Made by a program: the position numbers and the translations under genes. Of a stretch of 64,000 nt of DNA, positions 36,694 to 46,832 are shown one piece after another (the stretch's first letter is position 1; every line of letters starts with the position of its first letter). Source of the DNA: Desulfobacteraceae bacterium (GTDB taxonomy: Bacteria; Desulfobacterota; Desulfobacteria; Desulfobacterales; JAABSP01); the NCBI GenBank assembly GCA_011390345.1, contig JAABSP010000025.1, positions 399-64,398 of the forward strand, read 5' to 3'. The notes below the pieces were generated by a model. The model had not been told where the DNA came from, did no database searches, and was given only the letters and a program-made list of their open reading frames with translations.

Positions 36694-39600
36694 ATGAAAA
36701 AATGGCTCGCCGTTCTCCTGCTGTTTCTGGGCGCAAACCTCACTATCGGGCCGGCCGCTCACGCCGGTATTTACACCGATCCAAGCACCGGACTCACATG
36801 GTCAATCTCCCTGCGGGGGCCACTACTGACCTGGGAGAAGGCGCTGGCCTATTGCGAGGCCCTGGAGGCGAGCATGGGCGATACAGAATGGCGGCTGCCG
36901 GACATCAATGAACTCCTCTCCCTGGTGTGCCATGATCGATTTGAACCGGCCGCGGCCATCGATGATATCGAGCCGGTCTTCTACTGGTCAGCCACAACCG
37001 ATCCCGCTGCCGGCGGCAACGCATGGGGCATCGATTTCCGAGACGGTGCTGTTACACAGCAGGCCAAGACGGGAATCTTTTATGTGATGGCCGTCAGCCG
37101 CGGCAGCGTCTCGCCCGGATGCGCGCCCGAGCCCGGAAATGAGGACGGAACGGTCACGGACTTGGTAAGCGGCCTGACCTGGGAACAGACCACCGGAGAG
37201 CCGATGATCTGGGAAGAGGCGCTGGCCCACTGCGAGTCTCTTGAACTCGGCGGACATACCGACTGGCGACTGCCGGATATCCATGAGCTGCAGTCTCTGG
37301 TTCGATACGAAGAGTCCAATCCGGCCATCCAGGACTCCGACTGTTTCAAATATGGTCCTTTCTCGACAATGGTATCCGACTTTTTCTGGTCCTCCACAAC
37401 GGATTCGGCTTCGGGCGAAAACGTATGGGGCGTCGATTTCAGTGACGGCAATGTCACTCCCCGGCGGAAAACCGGCACCTCTTATGTGCGCGCGGTGCGG
37501 GGCGGAACGGCGCCGTCCCGATGCCTCGAGGATAACGGAAACAGCGATGGAACGGTCACAGACCCGGCAAGCGGTCTCATCTGGGGACAGGCGACCGCGG
37601 ACCCCATGACATGGGAGGCGGCGCTGAAATACTGCGAGGAACTGACCCTTGCCGGCCATGAGGACTGGCGCCTGCCAGACATCGACGAGCTACAGTCCCT
37701 GATCCGATACGACGCGTTTGACCCGGCAATTCAGAACTCCGACTGTTATAAATACGGCCCCTTTCCAGACATGGTCTCCGATCTTTTCTGGTCATCCACC
37801 ACCAGCGGGTCCGACAGCAGCGACGCCTTGTGCATCGATTTCAAGGACGGGGATATCACGACCCGGGACAAGACCCGGCAGTTTTACGTCCGCCCTGTCC
37901 GCTCCGTTATTCCAGAATTCGTGAAATTTCAGGCAGAAAGGCCGATGACCGGCGAAGCCCCTTTTTTGGCAGAACTGACGGCCGATCCCGTGGGGATTCT
38001 GATCGATCATTACGAATGGTTCCTTACAGGCGGCCCCATGCCGGACAAGGTCACTCTGGACGGCTTACTCTCCGAGACCCTTTATCCGGAAGGCGATTAC
38101 AGCATCGACGTAGTGGCCTATGATACCCAGGGGCGCGCCTATGAATCCAACTTTTTCATCGAGGTGCTGCCGCCATCCTCCCTCACCACCCTCGATGAAT
38201 TTGTCCGCTTCACGCCCCACTACCCGGTAAGCCGGATGATTCCCTCCCTTGTGATGAAAGGGGGAAAGGCTATCCGCCATTACCGCGTCTATGATGCCGA
38301 CAGCCAGCCCGTGACGGGAAAGGTTTTCTACTATAAGTACCCGAACGGCACCCGTTTCGAAACAATCACCGACGGCAGGGGCTTTGTGGAGATCATGAGT
38401 CCGCCGGTGGTCTCCGACGGGAACTACCGCATAATCTTCACGGATAAATACGGGATTCGGCTGAACATCGAAGTGGTCGATGCACCCACCTTTTCGGTTA
38501 CCGCTACGGATCGTACATTTACCGAAGAATACCGATTGCTCCTCGGAATGGGCGAGTCCGGACAGGAGCTGTCCATGGGGCCGCTGGCATTCCGGATTGC
38601 GGAACTCGGGCTGTACAGCGGTACGAATCTGTCCACGGATATCCGCCTGGAGAATGTCGGTTCACGGACCGATATGGCAGTGAAAAACAGAATGGAACTG
38701 TCGGAAGAAATGGAGGGGATGGCCGGATTGTCTGCAGAAATCTTCAAAGAGCAGATCGCGGCCGGGGGCCGTCCTGAACTCAGCGCTTCGACAGGCGAAG
38801 GGGCGGCCGTCAATACCTCGATGACGACCCGCCATCACTTCGAGGATTATCTCAACCCGAACCGGCCCGACACCCACGATCAGCGCTTTGTGGCAGCAAC
38901 ACTCTTTTTCGAAAATCTGATCAAGCGCAACCCGGCCTGCGGGAATCATATTCTGACACAGGCCATATTGGAGCAGGCCATCGACAGAATATGCGAAACC
39001 ATTCCATATTACCAGCGGGTCGGCTTTTTGGCCGGTGCAACAACGCAGTTCAGCACCGGTGCGGAACTGACGATGCAGAATCCCCTGGGACTTTTAGAAG
39101 GTTTACAGCCGACCATCCATATGGATGCCTTCGAAGCCGGCAGTCTGCTTTCCCTTTCGGCCGAATCGGATGTGGACGAAGCCGACAATCTGACCTTTAC
39201 CCTGTCGACAATTCTAAATCCGGGCAGCTTTTTCAGCGGCTTCTCCCAGAAGTTCGACAGCGATCGTCCGTACCCGGATGTTCCGAAATTCAGCCTCAGC
39301 TCCGATCTCCTGCAGAAGCAGATCGAATCGGAGATGACCATTGCCGCGGAAAGCACCGCAAAAAACGACCGATCCATAGGCTTCAGCCTCATGACCGGGC
39401 GGGCCGGCCCGGATATCATTCTTCCGGACAGCGCATTCACGGAGACCTATTTCGATTTCCGGATCGATGCGCCGACCGCGGTCGAATTCCTGGAAGGGCA
39501 GTCGGAACTCTTCTCCCAGCTTCGGGAAGGGGATGCCTTCGATATCTCAGAGAGTGCCTACCTCGGCGCGATGCAGGGGATTCAGGATCTTCCCGAGGGC

Positions 39601-41382
39601 ATTGCAGAATGGGAGACGCATAAGAAGCATATCCGGCTCTTCTCCCTCCCGCTGACCTTTGGGGAGAATCTGGGCCTGGAGCTGGATCTGACGTTCCGAC
39701 TGGATGTGAAATCGGTGCTGGACAATATCACGGCAACAGGGCTTCTCATTCCGGAAAAAGGGATGATTAAAACCGCATTGTACGAACGGGATCTCTGGAT
39801 CGATGACAACATCAAAGGTATCGGGAGTGTCATCGATGAATTTGTGAGGGTGATCGACCGAATCATCGGTGATGTGCTGGAAACCGTGGAAAAAACCAAG
39901 GAGGCCGGCCAGGAGCTGGTTGTTGAGAGCGATATCCCCCTTGCCGATGGCGGGGCAACGGCCATTGCCGGCCCCGAAGGACTGACCGAAGACGCAACGC
40001 TGAAACTCTCCCGGCTGACCCGCTTTGACCGCTCCGCATCGATTGCCGGCGGAACCGCGGCCACGGTGGGGGATCTCTTTATCGTGACCATCGCTTTTTC
40101 CGAAGGCATCCTGCTGACGGATCTGATCGAGCCCCTGGAACTGACGATCGGCTACAGGGAAGCGGATCTTGATGCAGCCGGTTTCACAGCGGCCCATGCG
40201 GAAAAGCTTCGGATCTATGGCTTTGATCCAAAGACCGGCTATTATCGGAATATCGGTGGAGAGTTGAATGCCGAAAACCGAACCGTATCCGTTTCGATCC
40301 TTCGGACGGGCCAGTATATACTGGCCGTTGACACTGCCGCCCCAGCGATATCGGATTTCATCATCATGGAGGGAGGGGAAAGCCCCCTGTTTCGGCTCAC
40401 CATCTCCGATTGCCTGAGCGGTCTTAATCCGAATGCGCTGGAGATTACGCTGGACGGTCTGGTCGAGGTGGATCAAGACAGGCTGCCAGAGGTCTTCAAT
40501 CCCCGGACCGGCCTTTTGGAGTGGCGGACGGATCAAGTGCTTGCGGAGGGTGAACACCAGGTGAAGGTGACGGCCCAAGATACCACCGGAAACACCAACA
40601 CTGAAACAATTCTCTTCTTTTTGGATCTCACACCGCCGGAGATCACCCACACCCCGATCACCCAGGCCCCTTCAGGCGCACCTTTGGAGATTCGGGCGAG
40701 CATTACAGAGAATCGGGAATTGGCCGGGGTATTCCTCTGCTATCGAGCCAGAACCGATGAACTGCCCTTCAAAGTCCTGGAGATGACGGCTGCCGAAGGC
40801 GCTTCGGAGTATATTGGATCGATTCCGGAGAGCGCCATCACTTCCAAAGGGGTGCGTTACTATATCAAGGCGGCAGACATCGGGGGCAATGTGGCCTTTT
40901 CAGCACAAACAGATATCGATGTGCAGGATACCACCAGTCCGGCAATGGTCAATGGGCTGATGGTGATATCCGAACCGGAAGGCATCATGAGAATCTATTG
41001 GTATTCCCCGCCCGATGCGGATGTGGCCGGATATCGGGTCTATATCGGCGCATCGGCAGACAGCCTGACCCTGTTCAAAGATGTGGGATTGACCAACTGG
41101 ATTTCTCTCGAAGATGCGTATCAGGGGAAGTTCATCGCGGTCTCCGCGTATGACGAATTGGGAAATGAGAGCGAGAAAACCCCGGCCCTCAATCTGGAGC
41201 ACTGCGCTCCCGGCGATGTGAACTGCAGCGGCGGAATCGATCTGGCCGATGCATTGATCTGCCTGAAAATCATGGCCGGCATCAGCGGCGGAGAGGAGAT
41301 CCGCCTGGCTGCAGATGTGGATGAAAATCTGCGCATCGGACTGGAAGAGGCTCTGTTCATTCTCCGGTATCTTACCCGGTAA
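36694..41382 (+). CDS. Large secreted multidomain protein: 3 x DUF1566, PKD-like, unknown core, Ig/FN3-like domains, C-terminal dockerin-like tag
   Basis: Three WRLPDIxEL/(F/Y)WSxTT/VxxV units; GEAPFLAEL (PKD-like); DVAGYRVY...VSAYD (FN3-like); GDVNCSGGIDLADAL...DVDENLRIGLEEALFILRYL. Confidence 0.85.
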   Translation: MKKWLAVLLLFLGANLTIGPAAHAGIYTDPSTGLTWSISLRGPLLTWEKALAYCEALEASMGDTEWRLPDINELLSLVCHDRFEPAAAIDDIEPVFYWSATTDPAAGGNAWGIDFRDGAVTQQAKTGIFYVMAVSRGSVSPGCAPEPGNEDGTVTDLVSGLTWEQTTGEPMIWEEALAHCESLELGGHTDWRLPDIHELQSLVRYEESNPAIQDSDCFKYGPFSTMVSDFFWSSTTDSASGENVWGVDFSDGNVTPRRKTGTSYVRAVRGGTAPSRCLEDNGNSDGTVTDPASGLIWGQATADPMTWEAALKYCEELTLAGHEDWRLPDIDELQSLIRYDAFDPAIQNSDCYKYGPFPDMVSDLFWSSTTSGSDSSDALCIDFKDGDITTRDKTRQFYVRPVRSVIPEFVKFQAERPMTGEAPFLAELTADPVGILIDHYEWFLTGGPMPDKVTLDGLLSETLYPEGDYSIDVVAYDTQGRAYESNFFIEVLPPSSLTTLDEFVRFTPHYPVSRMIPSLVMKGGKAIRHYRVYDADSQPVTGKVFYYKYPNGTRFETITDGRGFVEIMSPPVVSDGNYRIIFTDKYGIRLNIEVVDAPTFSVTATDRTFTEEYRLLLGMGESGQELSMGPLAFRIAELGLYSGTNLSTDIRLENVGSRTDMAVKNRMELSEEMEGMAGLSAEIFKEQIAAGGRPELSASTGEGAAVNTSMTTRHHFEDYLNPNRPDTHDQRFVAATLFFENLIKRNPACGNHILTQAILEQAIDRICETIPYYQRVGFLAGATTQFSTGAELTMQNPLGLLEGLQPTIHMDAFEAGSLLSLSAESDVDEADNLTFTLSTILNPGSFFSGFSQKFDSDRPYPDVPKFSLSSDLLQKQIESEMTIAAESTAKNDRSIGFSLMTGRAGPDIILPDSAFTETYFDFRIDAPTAVEFLEGQSELFSQLREGDAFDISESAYLGAMQGIQDLPEGIAEWETHKKHIRLFSLPLTFGENLGLELDLTFRLDVKSVLDNITATGLLIPEKGMIKTALYERDLWIDDNIKGIGSVIDEFVRVIDRIIGDVLETVEKTKEAGQELVVESDIPLADGGATAIAGPEGLTEDATLKLSRLTRFDRSASIAGGTAATVGDLFIVTIAFSEGILLTDLIEPLELTIGYREADLDAAGFTAAHAEKLRIYGFDPKTGYYRNIGGELNAENRTVSVSILRTGQYILAVDTAAPAISDFIIMEGGESPLFRLTISDCLSGLNPNALEITLDGLVEVDQDRLPEVFNPRTGLLEWRTDQVLAEGEHQVKVTAQDTTGNTNTETILFFLDLTPPEITHTPITQAPSGAPLEIRASITENRELAGVFLCYRARTDELPFKVLEMTAAEGASEYIGSIPESAITSKGVRYYIKAADIGGNVAFSAQTDIDVQDTTSPAMVNGLMVISEPEGIMRIYWYSPPDADVAGYRVYIGASADSLTLFKDVGLTNWISLEDAYQGKFIAVSAYDELGNESEKTPALNLEHCAPGDVNCSGGIDLADALICLKIMAGISGGEEIRLAADVDENLRIGLEEALFILRYLTR
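37141..37905 (+). repeat. Internal duplication of DUF1566 domains 2 and 3 (offset about 405 bp)
   Basis: DGTVTDLVSGLTW...SDCFKYGPF vs DGTVTDPASGLIW...SDCYKYGPF. Confidence 0.85.
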
Positions 41383-41559
41383 GCACTTTCCCCCCCGATG
41401 GGATGGGCCGCTGATACACTTCAAAGGTGCTGGAGCCGCTTCAACTTTTCCTTGCAAGACGCTGTGCGGATAGGATATATTAAGTCCGTCAACGAACCCA
41501 AAACCTTATCCGTAATCGCTCTGGTATCATAGTGACTGTATCACAAAAGGCTGAAATCA

Positions 41560-41943
41560 ATGGATTCCTCTTCAAAAAAACTGCGTATACTCATCGTGGA
41601 CGACCATGCCATGATGCGGGACAGTCTTCGATTGATCTTAAACGATATGGCGGATATGGCCGTGGCTGAAGAGGCCGGCACCGGGGCACAAACACTGGAA
41701 CTCTGTCGGAAACAGTCTTTTGATGTCATCCTGCTGGATCACCGCCTCCCGGACATGACGGGTCAGGAGGTTGCCCGGAGGATAAAGGAATTGGGGACCA
41801 AGACAAAAATTGTCGCAATATCCATGAACGATGATGAGAGGGTCAGACAGGAGATGCTGAGTGCGGGCGCGGATATTTTTGCCGCAAAGACCGATGCCCT
41901 GAAGATGCTGCCCGATTTGATTCGAAAATCGATTTCGGATTGA
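41560..41943 (+). CDS. Stand-alone response regulator receiver protein (NarL-like REC, no output domain)
   Basis: ILIVDDH, LLDHRLPD, K motif; 127 aa. Confidence 0.85.
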   Translation: MDSSSKKLRILIVDDHAMMRDSLRLILNDMADMAVAEEAGTGAQTLELCRKQSFDVILLDHRLPDMTGQEVARRIKELGTKTKIVAISMNDDERVRQEMLSAGADIFAAKTDALKMLPDLIRKSISD

Positions 41944-42029
41944 AGTAGGAAGTTTAAAAGGAATCGGCCAGGGAGACAAATCGATATTGCCTCCCTTTTT
42001 TTAAGCAGTAACGACTTCAGCATCCGCTG

Positions 42030-44117
42030 TCAGGGCTTCTCCCCCAGAATCACGGACGCATCCACCGCAATCGGCGATCCATCCCGAATGATCAGCGGAT
42101 TGATATCGACCTGTTCGATTTTTTCGTTAGTCGCTCCCAAATCCCCCAACTGCACCAGGGTCTGTGCCAGTGCCTCCCGATCCACGGCCGGCGCTCCGCG
42201 AAAACCATCCAGCAGCTTTTGCGCCTTGAGCCTTCGGATCAGCGCCAGCGCCTCTTCATGGCTCAAGGGGGCCATCGCAAAGGCCACGTCCGCGATGACT
42301 TCTGCCAATATCCCGCCAAAGCCGCACATCACGCAGGTTCCGAACTGCGGGTCATTCACAAGCCCCGCGATCAGCTCCAGATCGCCTTTGACGTAGGGCT
42401 GAATCAGGATCTCTCCCCTGCTGTCCATCTCCCGAGTCAGTTCATCGAAGATCTGCCGAACATCCTCAAAGGAACGGATATCGAGCCGGACAAGATTCTT
42501 CTCCGTCTTATGGACCTCGCCGGGCAGAAGCCCCTTCATGACGACCGGAAGGCCGAATTCCGACGCGGCCTTTTCCGCGGCTTCCGGTGTTTTAACAATA
42601 CGCTCCTCGACAACAAAAATTCCGGCAGCAGAGAGGAGTTTTTTGGAAAAATGCTCATCCAGCGCGCCGGCCGATTCGGAAAGGATTTTCTCTTGGGCCT
42701 CATCGAGAGATACGGCTCGGGCCGAAGGAATCTCCGATGCGGCCGGCAGAGGCCGGTTGAAGAGAGCCCCCATGCACTCCACAGCCCGGTAGACCTCCCT
42801 ATAGACCACCATCCCAAGTTCCTGCGCCTCCTGATGAAATTCCTTGGCTGCGTCTATGGTTCCCAGCAGCCAGATGAAAACCGGTTTGCCGGCCCCCTTT
42901 GCGGTCTCTGCCATCCCGGCCAGATCTGGCTTCAGGGCAAAGCCGCCGGCAAAGGCATGGATCAGCACCGCATCCACGCCTGGATCGCTGCAGACCGCAT
43001 CCAGCGCCACGCCATAGGTCTTCTCCGCACCGTTTCGCTCCACCGCAGGCCATAAATCCACCGGGTTGGAGATCGGCATCCACTCCGGAAAGACGGTCTT
43101 GAGCTTTGCCCGGCTCTCCTCGGAAAGCAGAGCCGGCGCAAGCCCCAGCCCATCCATGAAATCGACCGATACGATCCCGGCGCCGCCCGTATAGGTCAGC
43201 ACCGCCACCCGGGCATCCCTTTTCGGGGCCGTATCCGGAAAGGCCGCCAGAGCCCGGGAGATATCCATCATCTGTTTGAAGTCGTTTGCCTCTGTCACCC
43301 CGGACTGGGCAAGAGCGCCCCGGATCACGGCCCCGTTTCCGGAAAGGCTTGCGGTATGGCTCATCGCGGCCTTTGCCCCGACTTCACTTCTACCGCCCTT
43401 CAGGAGCACCACCGGCTTTTTCGAACGCCGGCAGATCTCGGTGAAGCGCCTCCCATCGGGAATGGCTTCCAGATAAAGACCGATGGCCCCTGTATCCGGA
43501 TCATCGACCAGATACTCTAAAAGATCGCACTCGTCCACATCCATCTTGTTGCCGATGGAGCAGACCTTGCTGATACCCATCACCCCGTGGGTCATGAGAT
43601 CCATCAGAAACGCGCCCGACAACATCCCGCTCTGGACGACCAGCGAAACATCCCCCGGGGTCAGCCCCTCCTGCCAGATCATGGGGGAGACAAAGGAGAA
43701 GACATATCTTTTTACGGCATCCACCAGCCCCATGCAGTTGGGGCCCCAGAGGCGGATGCCGGTCTCTTTTCGGATCTCCAGCAGCTCCCGCTGAAGGGCC
43801 GCGCCCCCCTCCCCGGTCTCGGAGAAGCCGCCGGATTCGATCATCACTCCTTTGATCCCTCTATCTGCACAGGCCCGGACAATGGCCGGCACATGGGGCG
43901 CGGGCACGAAAACGATGGCAAGATCGACCGGATCGGGAACGTCGGCTACCGTGGGATAGCAGCGGACATCTTCGATCGTCTCATACTTGGGGTTGACCGG
44001 ATAGATCCCGCAGTCGAAGCCGGTGATCAGGTTTTTCAAAATCGAATTTCCCCCTTTGAAGGGGGTGGCGCTTGCGCCGATCAGGGCGATGCCCTTGGGT
44101 CTGAAAAAGAAATTCAT
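42030..44117 (-). CDS. Acetate/acyl--CoA ligase (ADP-forming), fused alpha/beta
   Basis: IGAS, GPNCMG, SHTASLSG, NPVD, HKTE, DINPL (ATP-grasp). Confidence 0.9.
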   Translation of the reverse strand: MNFFFRPKGIALIGASATPFKGGNSILKNLITGFDCGIYPVNPKYETIEDVRCYPTVADVPDPVDLAIVFVPAPHVPAIVRACADRGIKGVMIESGGFSETGEGGAALQRELLEIRKETGIRLWGPNCMGLVDAVKRYVFSFVSPMIWQEGLTPGDVSLVVQSGMLSGAFLMDLMTHGVMGISKVCSIGNKMDVDECDLLEYLVDDPDTGAIGLYLEAIPDGRRFTEICRRSKKPVVLLKGGRSEVGAKAAMSHTASLSGNGAVIRGALAQSGVTEANDFKQMMDISRALAAFPDTAPKRDARVAVLTYTGGAGIVSVDFMDGLGLAPALLSEESRAKLKTVFPEWMPISNPVDLWPAVERNGAEKTYGVALDAVCSDPGVDAVLIHAFAGGFALKPDLAGMAETAKGAGKPVFIWLLGTIDAAKEFHQEAQELGMVVYREVYRAVECMGALFNRPLPAASEIPSARAVSLDEAQEKILSESAGALDEHFSKKLLSAAGIFVVEERIVKTPEAAEKAASEFGLPVVMKGLLPGEVHKTEKNLVRLDIRSFEDVRQIFDELTREMDSRGEILIQPYVKGDLELIAGLVNDPQFGTCVMCGFGGILAEVIADVAFAMAPLSHEEALALIRRLKAQKLLDGFRGAPAVDREALAQTLVQLGDLGATNEKIEQVDINPLIIRDGSPIAVDASVILGEKP

Positions 44118-44331
44118 CCTTTATGCCTCCTGAATTCTGAATGGCGGTTCATTTTTGTTTGTCCCCTTTTACCCCCAAGGGAAGGGTCCGTCAAGGAATC
44201 AAATAATCCTTTACAATATACTATACTTGTGGAAATATATATATCTTTGTGGTGAAAAGTATGATGCGGAAGGGCATGATGCCCATGCCGTCTGAAGCCA
44301 ACACCATATTATATCCAAGGACAGCCAAAAC

Positions 44332-45414
44332 GTGTTAATCGATACATTTGAGCAGACCGCTTCCATCCGGGAGACCTTTGAGGAACGGGAGAAGGGCTTC
44401 ATCTCCCCGTATGGGTGTCTCAGCTCCTGCTCCCGGGGCCGGAGCCGCCCTGAGCCAGAGTGTCTGATCCGGACCGCGTTTCAGGTGGACCGGGATCGGA
44501 TTCTCTTCTCCAACGCTTTCCGTCGATTGAAGCACAAGACCCAGGTCTTTCTCTCACCCTTGGGGGACCAGTACCGGACAAGGCTCACCCATACCCTGGA
44601 AGTGGCACAGATCTCCAGAACCGTGGCCCGGGCCATGCGGCTCAACGAAGATCTGGCCGAGGCCATAGCGCTGGGACATGATCTGGGACATACCCCCTTT
44701 GGACACTCCGGAGAGACGGCTTTAAAGGAGATCTTCTCTTCTGATTTTGCCCACAACGAGCAGAGCCTCCGGGTTGTGGAAGTGATCGAAAACCGGGGCC
44801 GGGGGCTCAACCTGACCTGGGAGGTGCGCAACGGCATTCAGAAGCACTCCAAAGGGTACGGCAAGATCATCCCGGATGATCCGGATGAGCAGCCCGCGAC
44901 CGTAGAGGGCCGGGTGGTACGGGTGGCAGATATCGTCGCCTATCTGAACCATGATCTGGATGACGCGATCCGAAGCCGCGTGATCGGCGAAGATCATGTC
45001 CCCAGCGTCTGTAAAGAAATTCTCGGCAAAAACCATTCCCAGCGGGCCTCCACCATGATTCGGGATCTCGTCTTTTCAAGCACAGTCGAAGATGGTGAAT
45101 TCAGACTCAAGATGAGCGATGAGGTCTATGGCGCGATGACGACGCTGCGGATGTTCCTCTATGAGAATGTTTACCGATCCGAGCATGTCCACCAGGAATT
45201 TGTCAAGGCCAAGAAGATCCTCTGTGAACTCTACCAGTATTTCATGGAGAACCCGGAGATGGTTCCGGATGAGCTGGAGAATATGGAGCTGCAGAGCTAT
45301 GCCCATCACCAGCACTCCCACGAGCGGATCGTCGCGGATCTGATCGCGAGCATGACGGACCGGTACGCGCTGGATCTCTACACCGCCCTCTTCTTTCCCT
45401 CCCCCCTCGTATAG
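44332..45414 (+). CDS. dgt: Deoxyguanosinetriphosphate triphosphohydrolase-like HD protein
   Basis: FRRLKHKTQVF, RTRLTHTLEV, HDLGHTPFGHSGE, ASMTDRYA. Confidence 0.92.
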   Translation: MLIDTFEQTASIRETFEEREKGFISPYGCLSSCSRGRSRPEPECLIRTAFQVDRDRILFSNAFRRLKHKTQVFLSPLGDQYRTRLTHTLEVAQISRTVARAMRLNEDLAEAIALGHDLGHTPFGHSGETALKEIFSSDFAHNEQSLRVVEVIENRGRGLNLTWEVRNGIQKHSKGYGKIIPDDPDEQPATVEGRVVRVADIVAYLNHDLDDAIRSRVIGEDHVPSVCKEILGKNHSQRASTMIRDLVFSSTVEDGEFRLKMSDEVYGAMTTLRMFLYENVYRSEHVHQEFVKAKKILCELYQYFMENPEMVPDELENMELQSYAHHQHSHERIVADLIASMTDRYALDLYTALFFPSPLV

Positions 45415-45426
45415 GAACCGCTTCTG

Positions 45427-46038
45427 ATGATCGATACCATTGCCGCCCTGGCCAACAGGATGCAGCCCCACGACCTTATATACGACCCTCTGTTGGAAGA
45501 ACTCGGCAGCCTCTTTTCCCGGATGGATGGGGGGTATGATGATGCGGCCCGGCAAGCCGGTTTTCACTGCAGCGGGTGCGATAAGAACTGCTGCCGCAGC
45601 CTCTTCTATCATTATACGATGGTGGAATATCTCTATCTGCTGAAAGGTTTTTCAAAACTCCCAACCGAAGCGCAGAAGCGGATCATGGCGCGGGTGAAAT
45701 CTCCCGAAAATGAAACGGACCGGCGGCCCCTCTGTCCGGCCAATGAAAAGGAGCGCTGCCTGCTCTATCCGTACCGGCCTATGATCTGCAGGCTCCACGG
45801 CATACCCCATTTCCTGTCCCGACCCGACGGAACCCGGGTCGAAGGGCCGGGATGTGACGCCTATTACAGAAGCACCACAGGCGAGAATAGACCTCTGCTG
45901 GACCGAACCCCTTTCTACCGGGAGATGGCGGCCCTGGAAGCCCTAATCAGAGAGAAGACCGGCTTCAGCGGAAAAATCAAAATGACCGTCGCGGAGATGC
46001 TCGCGGCGCACAACAGCGATCATAACCGTATTCTATGA
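45427..46038 (+). CDS. YkgJ/CxxCxxCC family putative Fe-S or Zn protein
   Basis: CSGCDKNCC, CP...CLLYPYRPMICRLHG. Confidence 0.8.
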   Translation: MIDTIAALANRMQPHDLIYDPLLEELGSLFSRMDGGYDDAARQAGFHCSGCDKNCCRSLFYHYTMVEYLYLLKGFSKLPTEAQKRIMARVKSPENETDRRPLCPANEKERCLLYPYRPMICRLHGIPHFLSRPDGTRVEGPGCDAYYRSTTGENRPLLDRTPFYREMAALEALIREKTGFSGKIKMTVAEMLAAHNSDHNRIL

Positions 46039-46826
46039 AGTATATCGAAAATATCGAAGCGATAGATCAACTGCCGGGCCGGCGGATCGAGCGGGGCGAC
46101 ACCTTCCGGTTCCGGTGCCATCCGGATGTGGGCTGTTTCAACCAGTGCTGCCGGAACCTCAACCTCTTTTTGTACCCTTATGATCTGATCCGGCTGAAAA
46201 AGCGGCTGGAGATCTCCTCGGACCGGTTCCTGGAGGAGTATGTGGATGTGGTCCTGCGGGACGGAAATTTTTTCCCCGAGGTGCTGCTCCGAATGGCCGA
46301 CAATGACGCGGCCACCTGTCCCTTTCTCACCGATGCCGGGTGCAGGGTCTATCCGGACCGGCCCGGAACCTGCCGCTCCTATCCGGTGGAGCACGGGGTC
46401 CGGTTCGATGCGGCGTCCAAAAAGACCGAACTGGTTCACTTCTTCCGGCCCCCGGAGACCTGCCTCGGCGCGAATGAAGATCAGGAGTTGACCATCGATG
46501 ACTGGCTTGCGGATCAGGAGGCAAAGGATTATCACCGTATGACCCTGCGCTGGGCCGAGGTGAGATCGCTCTTTGCAGCAGATCCCTGGGGCGCGGAAGG
46601 GCCCAACGGCCCCCGGGCCAAGATGGCCTTTATGGCGGCTTACAACATCGATGCGTTCCGGGAGTTCGTCTATAAAAGCTCTTTTACCAAGCGGTATCGG
46701 GTGAAGCCGGAGGTATTGAAGCGGGCGCGCCTTAATGACGAGGCGCTGTTGAAGCTCGGATTTGAGTGGATCGAATTCTTCATCTGGGGAAAAAAGCCGG
46801 CCTCATTCAAGCCGAAAGGCAAATAG
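46035..46826 (+). CDS. YkgJ family cysteine cluster protein
   Basis: CHPDVGCFNQCC, CPFL...CRVYPDRPGTCRSYP. Confidence 0.88.
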   Translation: MKYIENIEAIDQLPGRRIERGDTFRFRCHPDVGCFNQCCRNLNLFLYPYDLIRLKKRLEISSDRFLEEYVDVVLRDGNFFPEVLLRMADNDAATCPFLTDAGCRVYPDRPGTCRSYPVEHGVRFDAASKKTELVHFFRPPETCLGANEDQELTIDDWLADQEAKDYHRMTLRWAEVRSLFAADPWGAEGPNGPRAKMAFMAAYNIDAFREFVYKSSFTKRYRVKPEVLKRARLNDEALLKLGFEWIEFFIWGKKPASFKPKGK

Positions 46827-46832
46827 AAGGAT

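Noticed and set aside
37141-37905. DUF1566 domains 2 and 3 as a DGR template/variable repeat pair
   Set aside because: Both are coding, mismatches involve all four bases and are often synonymous, and neither copy is AAC-rich. This is an ordinary domain duplication.
44332-45414. dGTPase as an anti-phage system
   Set aside because: Short housekeeping-type Dgt in a core-gene context with host-like codon usage.
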